From contig JASFLY010000011.1 of NCBI GenBank assembly GCA_050117845.1, positions 1 through 64,000 of the forward strand: 64,000 nucleotides of DNA, written 5' to 3'. Below the pieces are notes generated by a model. The model did not search any database, had not been told where the DNA came from, and saw only the letters and a program-made list of their open reading frames with translations. Both the position numbers and the translations under genes were made by a program. The first letter of the stretch is position 1, and the number at the start of each line of letters is the position of its first letter. Below, piece after piece: positions 1 through 9,100 of this stretch. This DNA comes from Candidatus Zixiibacteriota bacterium. GTDB taxonomy: Bacteria; RBG-13-66-14; B26-G2; WVWN01.

Positions 1-138
1 TATTCGCTTGTGAATCCGGACCTCCCCCTCCTGAATAATGAACATCGTTTCCCCCACGTCGCCCTCGCGGACGATCAGTTCCCCGGGTTGATAAACCCGC
101 CCGTACCGCTTGAAAACTTCGTCACTGATATTGAGCAT
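1..138 (-). CDS. cyclic-nucleotide-binding domain protein (Crp/Fnr-like), 5' part only; runs off window start
   Basis: Manual translation MLNISDEVFKRYGRVYQPGELIVREGDVGETMFIIQEGEVRIHKRI matches the cNMP-binding N-terminus (xxGExIxxEGDxGxxMFxIxxGxV). GAGG lies about 7 nt upstream; alternative ATG at 144. Not in ORF track. Confidence 0.8.
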   Translation of the reverse strand, partial: MLNISDEVFKRYGRVYQPGELIVREGDVGETMFIIQEGEVRIHKRI

Positions 139-171
139 CGGCATACCTCATAACGGTTATTATTTTCGGCG

Positions 172-200
172 ATTATAGTATCAATGCCGTATTTTGTAAA
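172..200 (-). promoter_or_regulatory. sigma70-type promoter for the cNMP-binding gene
   Basis: TTTACA-N17-TATAAT on the minus strand. Confidence 0.6.
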
Positions 201-278
201 GAATAAACCCGGTCGCACTTACCAAACTTCGGCAGGAAGAATTCCAAAATATATTTTATATTATAACGTATTTTCCGC

Positions 279-307
279 TTGACGGGGAACGGCTTTTTTG
301 CTACGTT
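279..307 (+). promoter_or_regulatory. sigma70-type promoter for ferredoxin
   Basis: TTGACG-N17-TACGTT with extended -10 TG; a GTCGGC-ttag-GCCGAC hairpin (317-332) follows the predicted start site. Confidence 0.55.
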
Positions 308-371
308 TTTGCCGATGTCGGCTTAGGCCGACGCGATAAACAGCTATTAGTTCTTTAATGTTGTTTCGTAG

Positions 372-563
<192 letters not shown>

Positions 564-607
564 AGCAGTTTTAGTGATGGGCGTTAGAATTGCCCGGCGA
601 TAAATCG

Positions 608-636
608 CGCCGCCCCTCCGGGCGGCGTTTTATTTT
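608..636 (+). terminator. intrinsic terminator after ferredoxin
   Basis: CGCCGCCC-ctcc-GGGCGGCG followed by TTTTATTTT. Confidence 0.75.
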
Positions 637-646
637 GAAGGCGAAC

Positions 647-1516
647 GTGAGACAAGCGGCCGACGACGAAATAGGCGAAAACGGCGACGCCGGATACCTC
701 GGCGACCCGTGGCAAGAGGCGGGCGCCATGGCCGGTTTCGAGCCCGCTATCGAGCAGGGCCCGGGGCTTTTTTTGGGGGCCCTCGGTGTTATTATCGGGG
801 CCTGCGCGGCGCTGGCTTTCGGCCTGTGGTACCTGGCTGCCCCGCGGCTGGCGCAGATAACGCCTGCCGTCCCGGCCTACGCGCTCGCCGCCGTCGGCAC
901 GGCCTGCACGTACGCGTTCTGCGAGTACCTGGGCCTCGTCCTCACCGTCTACACGGGAAGGAATTTCCTATTACCGCTGTCTCGGGTGCGGCTCATAATA
1001 ATTCGGATGATTCCGCTGGCGCGGCGGCTGGCTCGGCTCTTAGGCTCGACGGCCGACCGGATGACGCACTCGACGGTCCGGGTCTCGAACGCGGTAATGC
1101 GGGCGGGCGGCCGGAAGCGTCAGTCGGGGAGGCCGCTGTTGGTCCTCCTGCCGCGCTGCATCCAGAAACCCGAATGCCCGCAACCGCTCGTCGACGACGT
1201 CGACAACTGCCGGCGCTGCGGCGCTTGCCCGGTCGCGTCGCTCCTCGATTTGCGGAACGAGTACGACGACGTTATAATGGCGGTCCTGACGGGCGGGAGC
1301 GTCGTCGCGGGCGTGATCCGAAAAATAGACCCGGGCGCAGTAATAGGCGTGGCTTGCGAGCGCGAACTCATAACCGGGATAATGACCGTACCGGACCGCC
1401 CCGTGGTCGGCGTGCCGAACCAGCGGCCGGAGGGACCGTGCCGCGCGACCGTCCTCAAGTTGGATGATTTGCGGGCGGCTATAGAGATATTCGAATCCAA
1501 CCGCGGCCGTTCCTGA
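647..1516 (+). CDS. DUF116-family membrane protein with Cys-rich C-terminal domain
   Basis: Two N-terminal TM segments; LLPRCIQ..EC, CRRCGACP, TGG, IGVACEREL and GPC motifs. Start uncertain: 590 overlaps the terminator, so GTG 647 or ATG 728 is more likely. Confidence 0.75.
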   Translation: MRQAADDEIGENGDAGYLGDPWQEAGAMAGFEPAIEQGPGLFLGALGVIIGACAALAFGLWYLAAPRLAQITPAVPAYALAAVGTACTYAFCEYLGLVLTVYTGRNFLLPLSRVRLIIIRMIPLARRLARLLGSTADRMTHSTVRVSNAVMRAGGRKRQSGRPLLVLLPRCIQKPECPQPLVDDVDNCRRCGACPVASLLDLRNEYDDVIMAVLTGGSVVAGVIRKIDPGAVIGVACERELITGIMTVPDRPVVGVPNQRPEGPCRATVLKLDDLRAAIEIFESNRGRS

Positions 1517-1543
1517 AGGCCGTTTTATACGAGGAGGCGTAAT

Positions 1544-3754
1544 ATGCGGTTACGCGTTGTATTTATAGCGATAATGACGACCGCCCTGTCCGCCGGGGCA
1601 ATGTATAATCCCGGGGTCGATGTGGCGGAGGAGACGCGGCTGTACGCGCCGCACGCGTTCGACGCCGGCCGGAAGCAGAGTGACGCGCCGGCGGTCCCGC
1701 ACGATTACGACGTCCGCGAGTACATCATCGACCTCGACCTCGACGACACGCAGGAAGAGATAACCGGCGAATGCACCATAACGGCCCGGAGCTTGAAGGA
1801 CAACCTGAGCCAGGTAGAGTTCAACCTCGAGGACGAGATGAACGTGACGGCCGTGACCGAAGGGGGAGAGGCCTGCACGTTCTCACACAATAACAAGGTC
1901 CTCACCGTAACGCTTCGGACCGCCCGGCAGACGAACGAGGATTTCACTATCAAGGTGACCTACGACGGTTCGCCGCTGGACGGCCTGTACTTCACCAACA
2001 AGGGCGTATACTGCTGTTCGGCGATGGAGGAGGCCCAGCACTGGTTCCCGTGCTACGACCTGCCCGACGACAAGGCCGACCGGGTCGAACTCATCGTCAC
2101 CTGCCGGGACGACTGGTACGTCGCGGCCAACGGTGTGCTGGCGTCGGAGACGAACAACCAGAACGGCACCAAGACCTTCAAGTGGGTCACGGAGCACCGC
2201 ATCGCGACCTACCTCATCAGTATTTCGGGGGCGTACGAGTATTCCCGCTTCGGAACGACGTGGAGCGGCGTGCCCGTCAATTACTACGTCTTCCCGGAGC
2301 ACCGGGCCAACGCGGAGATATGTTTCGAGTACGTCCCGCAGATGATGAATTTCTTCTCGAACAAATTCTGGCGCTATCCATTCGACGACGAGCGTTACGG
2401 CGTCGCCGAGGCCGAGATGGGATACTTCGGCGGTATGGAGAACCAAACCTGCATCACGTTGAATCAGCTGTACGTCCGGCCCAATCACAGCTCGGATAAT
2501 ATCCTGGCCCACGAGTTGAGCCACATGTGGTGGGGCGACTGCATTTCGCCCGGCTCGTGGAAGAACCTCTGGCTCAACGAGGGCCTCGCGACCTACTGCG
2601 ACGCGCTGTGGGTAGAGCATGACCAGGGCGAAGAGGCTTTCCATAACCGGATGACCTACTTCGCCAATCTCTATTTCGCCGAGGACGGGAACCACCGTTT
2701 TCCCGTGTTCGACCCCGCGGAGCCGTGGAGCGCCACCGTGTACGAGAAGGGCGCCTGGGTCATGCACATGCTCCGATATTTAATGGGCGACGATAAGTTC
2801 TTCCGGGCGTGGAACACGTTCGGCCGCGAGCACGAGTTCGGCCACGCGTTTACGTACGAACTGCAACGGACGATGGAGGAGGAGTACGGCCAGAGCCTCG
2901 ACGAGTTCTTCAACGACTGGGTATACAAGGCCGGGTATCCCGTTTACCAGTACGACTGGACGACGAACGGCAACAGGGTTACGGTCGAGATATGCCAGGT
3001 CCAGCAGCAGGGGCCGATAACGCCGCTCTTCGATATGCCGCTCGAGCTCAAGTTCACGACGCAGAGCAACGGCACGAAAGTGGAACGGGTGGTGACGGAC
3101 AGCCGATATTCCCGCTTCACGTTCGAGTACGGGAGCCCCGTTACCGCTTTTGAACTCGACCCGGACGGTTGGGTCCTTTGTAAAAAAGAGAACGTCGTCG
3201 GCATCGGCGTAGCCGGCTTCGACGCCCGGCCGGGGGCGGAGGCCGTCGTCCTGAGTTGGAAAACGAACGAAGGGGCCGACATAGCCGGTTTCAACCTCTA
3301 CCGCGAAGAAGCGGGCGACGCGGAAAGCGTCAAACTAAACGGCGAACTTATCACCGGTTCGTCCCCGTACGAATACCGGGACGCCGGCCTCGAGGCCGGT
3401 AACGTTTATTCCTATACCCTCGAGGTGGTGGACGTCAAGGGCGGCCGGGAGCGGTACGGGCCGGTCGAGTGCCGGGCGGGGGAGAGGCCGCGCGCCTTCG
3501 CCATCCACGGGAATTATCCGAATCCGGCTTCGGCCTCGACGACGGTAAGTTTCTGTTCGCCCGAGGCGGGGACGGCCGCCATCCGGGTTTACGATCTGGC
3601 CGGCCGCCGCGTGATGGCCGTGACGGCGAACGCCGTGGCCGTCGGTGATAACGAGGTCGTGCTGGACGTGTCGGCGCTGGCGCCTGGCGTCTACGCCTAC
3701 CGGGTGGAGGTGGGCGACCACGCCTCGGCCCGAAAACTCGTGATAGCCGACTAA
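1544..3754 (+). CDS. secreted M1-family aminopeptidase with Fn3-like + T9SS/FlgD-Ig-like C-terminal domain
   Basis: Signal peptide; GGMEN, HELSH-x18-E (WLNEG) and YEKG motifs; C-terminal NYPNP...YDLAGRRV...LAPGVYAYR; GAGGAGG RBS. Confidence 0.9.
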   Translation: MRLRVVFIAIMTTALSAGAMYNPGVDVAEETRLYAPHAFDAGRKQSDAPAVPHDYDVREYIIDLDLDDTQEEITGECTITARSLKDNLSQVEFNLEDEMNVTAVTEGGEACTFSHNNKVLTVTLRTARQTNEDFTIKVTYDGSPLDGLYFTNKGVYCCSAMEEAQHWFPCYDLPDDKADRVELIVTCRDDWYVAANGVLASETNNQNGTKTFKWVTEHRIATYLISISGAYEYSRFGTTWSGVPVNYYVFPEHRANAEICFEYVPQMMNFFSNKFWRYPFDDERYGVAEAEMGYFGGMENQTCITLNQLYVRPNHSSDNILAHELSHMWWGDCISPGSWKNLWLNEGLATYCDALWVEHDQGEEAFHNRMTYFANLYFAEDGNHRFPVFDPAEPWSATVYEKGAWVMHMLRYLMGDDKFFRAWNTFGREHEFGHAFTYELQRTMEEEYGQSLDEFFNDWVYKAGYPVYQYDWTTNGNRVTVEICQVQQQGPITPLFDMPLELKFTTQSNGTKVERVVTDSRYSRFTFEYGSPVTAFELDPDGWVLCKKENVVGIGVAGFDARPGAEAVVLSWKTNEGADIAGFNLYREEAGDAESVKLNGELITGSSPYEYRDAGLEAGNVYSYTLEVVDVKGGRERYGPVECRAGERPRAFAIHGNYPNPASASTTVSFCSPEAGTAAIRVYDLAGRRVMAVTANAVAVGDNEVVLDVSALAPGVYAYRVEVGDHASARKLVIAD

Positions 3755-3770
3755 TTTTGTGATATAATGC

Positions 3771-3803
3771 AAAAAAACCCGGCGCCCTTACGCCGGGTTT
3801 TTT
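3771..3803. terminator. bidirectional-type intrinsic terminator
   Basis: AAAAAACCCGGCG-ccctta-CGCCGGGTTTTTT. Confidence 0.8.
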
Positions 3804-3823
3804 ACCGCCCGGGGGTGACGGAA

Positions 3824-4990
3824 TTGGATACGATTTACCTGGACCACGCGGCCACGACGCGGCCCGACCCGGCCGTCGTCGCGGCGATGCAGCCGTACGT
3901 TGCCGAGTACTTCGGTAACCCGCTCTCGACGCACGTCTACGGCGAGGAGCCGCGGCGGGCGATAGAGGAAGCCCGAACGCGCCTCGCCGAACTAATAGGT
4001 TGCGACGCCGGCGAGTTGATATTCACCTCGTCGGGGAGCGAGGCCAACAACCTGGCCGTGAAGGGCGTCGCGCTGGCGCGGGAGAAAAAGGGCAGGCACC
4101 TCATCGTCTCCGGGGTCGAGCATCAATCCGTCAGCAATTCCGCGCAGAGTATGGCCCGGCTGGGGTGGGAAGTGACCGTCGTTCCGACGGACTGCTTAGG
4201 CCTGGTCGACCCGGACGAACTGCGGAAGGCGCTTCGGCCCGACACGACGCTGGTGTGCGTTAACCTTGCTAACCTCGAAATCGGTACGATTGAGCCCATA
4301 ACGGAGTTGGCGGCGGTCGTGAAGGAGCACTCGGCCGCGGCCTTCCACGCCGACGCGGTTCAGGCTGTGGGGCACATCCCTGTCGACGTAGGCGCTTTGG
4401 GCGTCGACCTTCTGTCCGTATCGGCCCACCGCTTCTACGGGCCGAAAGGAGCCGGGGCGCTGTACTTCCGCAAGGGTGTGCGGGTGCGGCCGCTTATCGA
4501 CGGGGGCCTGCAGGAGGGCGGCCGGCGCGCCGGGACGGAGAACGTCCCGGCCATCGTGGGGTTGGGCGAGGCGGCGCGCTTGGCGGCCGAGGTTATGGAG
4601 GAGCGGTCGGCGCGCACGAAGGCGTTGCGCGACCGTTTGCACGCGGGCCTGTTCGAGCGCATTCCCCACGCGCACCTCAACGGCCACCCGGAGCGTCGTC
4701 TCCCGACGCACGAATCCGTCTGCCTGGAATACGTGGAGGGGGAGGCGATGACGCTTTTCCTCATGCGCGAAGGGATATGCACGTCCAGCGGGTCGACCTG
4801 TTCGTCGAAAGCGCTCAAAGCGTCGCACGTTCTGTTGGCTTGCGGCCTCGATCCCGCGGTGGCGCAGGGTTCGCTCCAGTTTACGTTGGGCCCGGACAAC
4901 GACGAGGAGCAAATCGACCGCGTCCTGGATATTTTACCCGAAACGGTGAAACGTTTGCGTGAGATGTCGCCATTATACCCGGGCGATTAA
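3824..4990 (+). CDS. IscS/NifS-like class V PLP-enzyme homolog with the Schiff-base Lys replaced by Arg
   Basis: IYLDHAATT, FGNP, FTSSGSEANN, EHQSV, HADAVQAVG, SAHRFYGPKG (canonical HK), RAGTEN, SSGSTCSS. TTG start at 3824 after GGGGTG. Confidence 0.85.
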   Translation: MDTIYLDHAATTRPDPAVVAAMQPYVAEYFGNPLSTHVYGEEPRRAIEEARTRLAELIGCDAGELIFTSSGSEANNLAVKGVALAREKKGRHLIVSGVEHQSVSNSAQSMARLGWEVTVVPTDCLGLVDPDELRKALRPDTTLVCVNLANLEIGTIEPITELAAVVKEHSAAAFHADAVQAVGHIPVDVGALGVDLLSVSAHRFYGPKGAGALYFRKGVRVRPLIDGGLQEGGRRAGTENVPAIVGLGEAARLAAEVMEERSARTKALRDRLHAGLFERIPHAHLNGHPERRLPTHESVCLEYVEGEAMTLFLMREGICTSSGSTCSSKALKASHVLLACGLDPAVAQGSLQFTLGPDNDEEQIDRVLDILPETVKRLREMSPLYPGD

Positions 4991-5108
4991 TACTTCCGGT
5001 AACGGGACGCACCTCGGTAAGGCGACGAAATGCCGACACGGCGGAATAAAAGCGTTTTCGAGCTTGGACTTTTTTTGCGTTTTTTTTGGCCGGAAATTGT
5101 TTTTTCAC

Positions 5109-5136
5109 TTGACAAGTACCTTTTATTAATTAATAT
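5109..5136 (+). promoter_or_regulatory. sigma70 promoter with upstream T-tracts (UP-like)
   Basis: TTGACA-N16-TAATAT; T-runs at 5070-5105. Confidence 0.55.
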
Positions 5137-5160
5137 TAGAAGCCTAAGGGGAAAAGCAGT

Positions 5161-6102
5161 TTGACGAGAACCACGAAAATTAAGGAAGCCGTCCGTAAGC
5201 TTCGTAAGAAGCGGATATCTGTCGTTTTTGCGCCCGGCGGTACGGGCACGACGCGGGCTTTCCGAATTTCCCTCTTCCGGTGTTACATTGCCGCTGCCTG
5301 TATCGCGGTATTGGCCACCGGCCTCCTTATAATTAGCTTCCAATACAGCTCCCGCAAGGAACTCGCGAGTCGCCTGGACGAACTCCAAGCGCGGGCAGAA
5401 GAACGCGATTCCAGGTTCACGGATATTTCCGAAGAGCGGGAACGCCTCCAGGCCCAACTCCTCGGTTACGCCGAGTTCGACGATTCGCTGCGGGTAGTCC
5501 ACGACCTAGAGACGATTCCAGGCGACGTGCGCGAGGCCGGCGTCGGTGGCCCGCTCGCCCATATCACTCACATGATTAAATTCGGGCGGGACAAGAACGT
5601 CGACGAGTTGGAACTCGCGTTGCGGCAGGCCCAACTTCAGAGCGACTCTTTCGACGAGATAATCAAAACGCAGGATCGCACGCGGCACATTTTCGACCAT
5701 ACGCCGGCCATCAAACCTGCCAGCGGCCACATCTGTTCCGGCTTCTGCTGGCGGCGGAACCCGATTTTCGGCGGTTTGCAGTTTCACAAGGGCGTAGACA
5801 TCGCGAACATTACGGGGACGCCTATCGTGGCTCCGGCCGACGGCGTCATACGTTTCGCCGGTATGAAGGGCGGTTACGGGTACTGCGTCTTCATCAAACA
5901 CGGTTACGGCTTCGAGACGCGCTACGGCCACTGTTCACAGGTCCTCGTAACTGAAGGACAGGAAATCAAACGTGGCGACATCGTCGCTTTCGTCGGTTCG
6001 ACGGGTTGGGCGACGGGGCCGCACCTCCACTACGAAGTCCTCGTTGGAGGAACGCACGTCGATCCGGAGCAGTATATCCTTCCCGATTACTTAACCGATT
6101 AA
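5161..6102 (+). CDS. M23-family peptidoglycan endopeptidase (TM, coiled coil, M23 domain)
   Basis: HKGVD and HLHYE zinc motifs; RYGH; N-terminal TM followed by a coiled coil. Confidence 0.92.
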   Translation: MTRTTKIKEAVRKLRKKRISVVFAPGGTGTTRAFRISLFRCYIAAACIAVLATGLLIISFQYSSRKELASRLDELQARAEERDSRFTDISEERERLQAQLLGYAEFDDSLRVVHDLETIPGDVREAGVGGPLAHITHMIKFGRDKNVDELELALRQAQLQSDSFDEIIKTQDRTRHIFDHTPAIKPASGHICSGFCWRRNPIFGGLQFHKGVDIANITGTPIVAPADGVIRFAGMKGGYGYCVFIKHGYGFETRYGHCSQVLVTEGQEIKRGDIVAFVGSTGWATGPHLHYEVLVGGTHVDPEQYILPDYLTD

Positions 6103-6123
6103 CGGCGGGTAAAACCCACCGCG

Positions 6124-6158
6124 AATAAATAAGGCGGCTCCGAGGCCGCCGTTTTTAT
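6124..6158. terminator. bidirectional terminator between convergent genes
   Basis: A-rich flank, GGCGGC-tccgag-GCCGCC, then GTTTTT. Confidence 0.7.
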
Positions 6159-6178
6159 TGCGTATTATCTGACGCGAG

Positions 6179-9100
6179 TTACCGGGTTTTTTGCAGGATT
6201 ACCGGTTCGCTTTCCCAGTCGTCCACGTTCAGGCAGAATTCTCGGAACGCTTTATAGTCATCCGGGTCTATACGCTGGGCATAAAGTTCCAATTCCTGTT
6301 TTACGTAAACGCTGCCCTCCTTCGAGCGAACGTCCATCGCGAGTTTTCCGAAAGGCGTACGGATTTCTTTGATAAGGGGTAGCGCCGCGACGGCGTAGTC
6401 CCCGGGCAGGACGTACGTCAATTCGGAGGTCGTCTTCTCGTTTCGCCGGAGGATGAGGGGCCAATTGCGTTCGGCCTTCTTGCCGTAACGGCTGAGCAAG
6501 TTGGACTTGTGGACGACGGCGTCAAGATGGATGCGGGCGTCGTTCGGGTTGTACATCCGGGGGACGTTGGCGTCGTACTCTGTACGGACCGGCGCTCCGA
6601 GGTCGGATATGTCCGAGAATTTCTCGTTATATATTTTGGTGCCGGGATAGAGGCCGTTCCAATATTCCTCGATTATCGTGCGACGCTTGGCCTCAACCTG
6701 GAAACGTTCGCGTTGGGCCGGGGCGTCGGCGGCCCCATACTCCACCGTACGGTGGACGTGGGCATCGCCGCCCGGTTGCAGTACGAAGGTAGTCCGCGTC
6801 GTTAGGTGGTTATCTTCCGGGCTTAGCACCGGCGTACGGATGAACTCCGCGCGGTCGTCGAAGACGACGAGGACGTCGATCCCCTGGTCGTTCGGCGGGA
6901 GTTCTTTGTAGGAGTGGTATTCGGCGGTGCCGTCCAGAAAATACGTCCGGCCGTCGGGCAGTTCGACGTATGAGATCATGTGGTTGAAGAGGCCGAGTAT
7001 CGGCAGTTCGTAGTCCAACTCACCCAGGTCCCCGGTCCGTATCAGAACCGGGTAGGCCTTGAAGCCCATCAGGCGGTAGAGCGTGTTCATTAGGGTGGCC
7101 TTGTCCTTGCAGTCGCCGTAGTGGGTCTCGAGGCATTGTTTGGGAGTGTGGGGCCGGTAGCCGCCGATACCGAACTCCAAGCCGACGTAACGGACGCGTG
7201 TCACGGTGAAGTCGAAGACGCGCCTGAGTTTCGTAATATCGTCGGGCGCCCCGGCGGCCAACTCCTCCGCCAGGACTTCTATCTCCGGTGATGCCCGGAA
7301 GACGTCCTTGATTAGGCCGTTGTACCAACGCCCCACGTCGTTCCACGTGGCGAAGGTCGACACCTGTACGCCCGGGAGGATTTCGGCCAGCGCCGGCATG
7401 TATGCTTCCTCCTCGATGGACGGCAGGTCCCTCATGCGGTATACGTACGTGATTTTCTCGTCACGTCGGGTAATTTCCGGTGCCGGCGCGCCCCGGAGGC
7501 GCGCGAAGTAGTAACGTTTTTTGGCCGGAACCGTGAGTACGTAACGGGATAGGATTGTCGAGTTTTTATCGCCGAAGTAGAAGAAGTCCCCGAAGTAGTC
7601 CGCAAAGAGGTTCTCCCCAGTCTGGCTGATTTTATATTCGACGTCGACGGTGTCGCCCGGCGAGAGGTTGGGCATCGTTATAACTTTATTAACGTAGCTG
7701 TAGTAGAGGCGGCTCCAGATGTCGAAGACGTTGTATTCCTTGATATTGGTCGCGGTAATTTCGGTGCCGTCCGGTTTGAGTACCGCGGCGCGCTTGATTT
7801 CAACATTCTCCGAGCCCGGGGAGTAACTGACGTAAATGTAGCGGAATTTCTCGGCGCCTTCGGGCGTCAGTATCTTTATTACCTGATGGACGGTCCGGGT
7901 GCTCGTGCCGTTGTCGAAAACTTCGACCTGCCGGTCGTCGAGGAGCCATACGGCCGAGTCGCGAGGGAAAGCGTCCTCGCCCGGGAACGCGGCCAAAAGG
8001 TCGTACGCGTCAAGGCGCGGAGCCCGGTCCCCATCGTTGGACGGCTCGAGGTAGCTGAGGTAGTTTTCGAGGGCGGGGTAGTTGCGTTTGAAAGTAATAG
8101 CCTGGCGGTAGGCCCGGCGGCTTTCGCCGTCACGCCCCAGTTTCTCTAGTGCGGTCCCCTTAATTTCCCAGAGGACGTGGTCCTCGGGCCGGAAGCGGAG
8201 CGCGATGTCGATTTCGGCCAGCGCTTCCTCGTGACGTCCGTGGCGGTCCAGGGCCCGGGCGAGTTTCTTGCGGGCGTCGAGGTCATAGGGGTCGGCCGCG
8301 AGGGTGCGACGCATAGCGGCCTCGGCGCCGGCCAGGTCGCCCCGATTCAACGACAACGTAAATACCTCGTTTCGGGCGTTCGAGGCGTACACGTCGTAAT
8401 CGTAAATGCTTTGCCACAGTTCCACGGAACGCTCGATACTTCCGTAATTTTTCTCGTAAAGGGCCTCGACCATTTTACTGTACGGGTAATTCGGGAAGCG
8501 TTCGCTGAGGGCCGCGGCCTCGCTCCGGGCGTCGTAGGCGTAACCCATTTCCCAGTCGATTTTCGCCCGATACTGGCCGGCCTCGGCGAAGGCCGGGACT
8601 TCCTCGACCAACCGGTCTATGATGTCGGCGGCGGCGCGGGGCCGGTCGAGGTCGTAATAGTATTTCGCGAGTTCCAAGCGGGCCTGGTTGTGCTTAGGCG
8701 CGAGTTCGAGCGCCCGGGTCAGGTTGGCCCGAACGCGCGACTCTTCGCGCTCCATCGCGCCTACGTAATAGTAGAAGTCGGCGACGTCGGGCATTACGGA
8801 TTGGGCGCCGAGCATTAGTTTGGTGGGAACCTCTTCGGCCTCGTCGGCGTCATCGCGGGCGTAATGTTCTAGCGCGGCGTAATAGAAATCGAAGGCGTCC
8901 GGGGCGTCTCCGAGCAAGCGGCTGTCGAAGAAGCTTAGGCCGTCGAACTCCTCGGACGGGGCGCGTCCGACGACGCGGGAGGCCGGGGCCAGGGCCGCGG
9001 TCCCGGCGTCGAACGAAAGGTCGGTCATCGGCTCGAAGTCGCCGTCCACGAAGCGCGCACCGAACCCCCACCGTTTGTCGTCGCCGCAAATTTTCACTAA

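Noticed and set aside
4995..5065. CCG-GTAA-CGG-GACGCA resembling c-di-GMP-I riboswitch P2
   Set aside because: Lacks GGCAAA, the AAAGC continuation and the tetraloop receptor, and lies upstream of the predicted promoter.
4987..5502. 171-aa minus-strand ORF and the many other long antisense/shadow ORFs (e.g. 21344..22624, 23236..24597, 47773..49053, 62984..63712)
   Set aside because: They overlap well-supported genes, have no motifs, and are expected in high-GC DNA.
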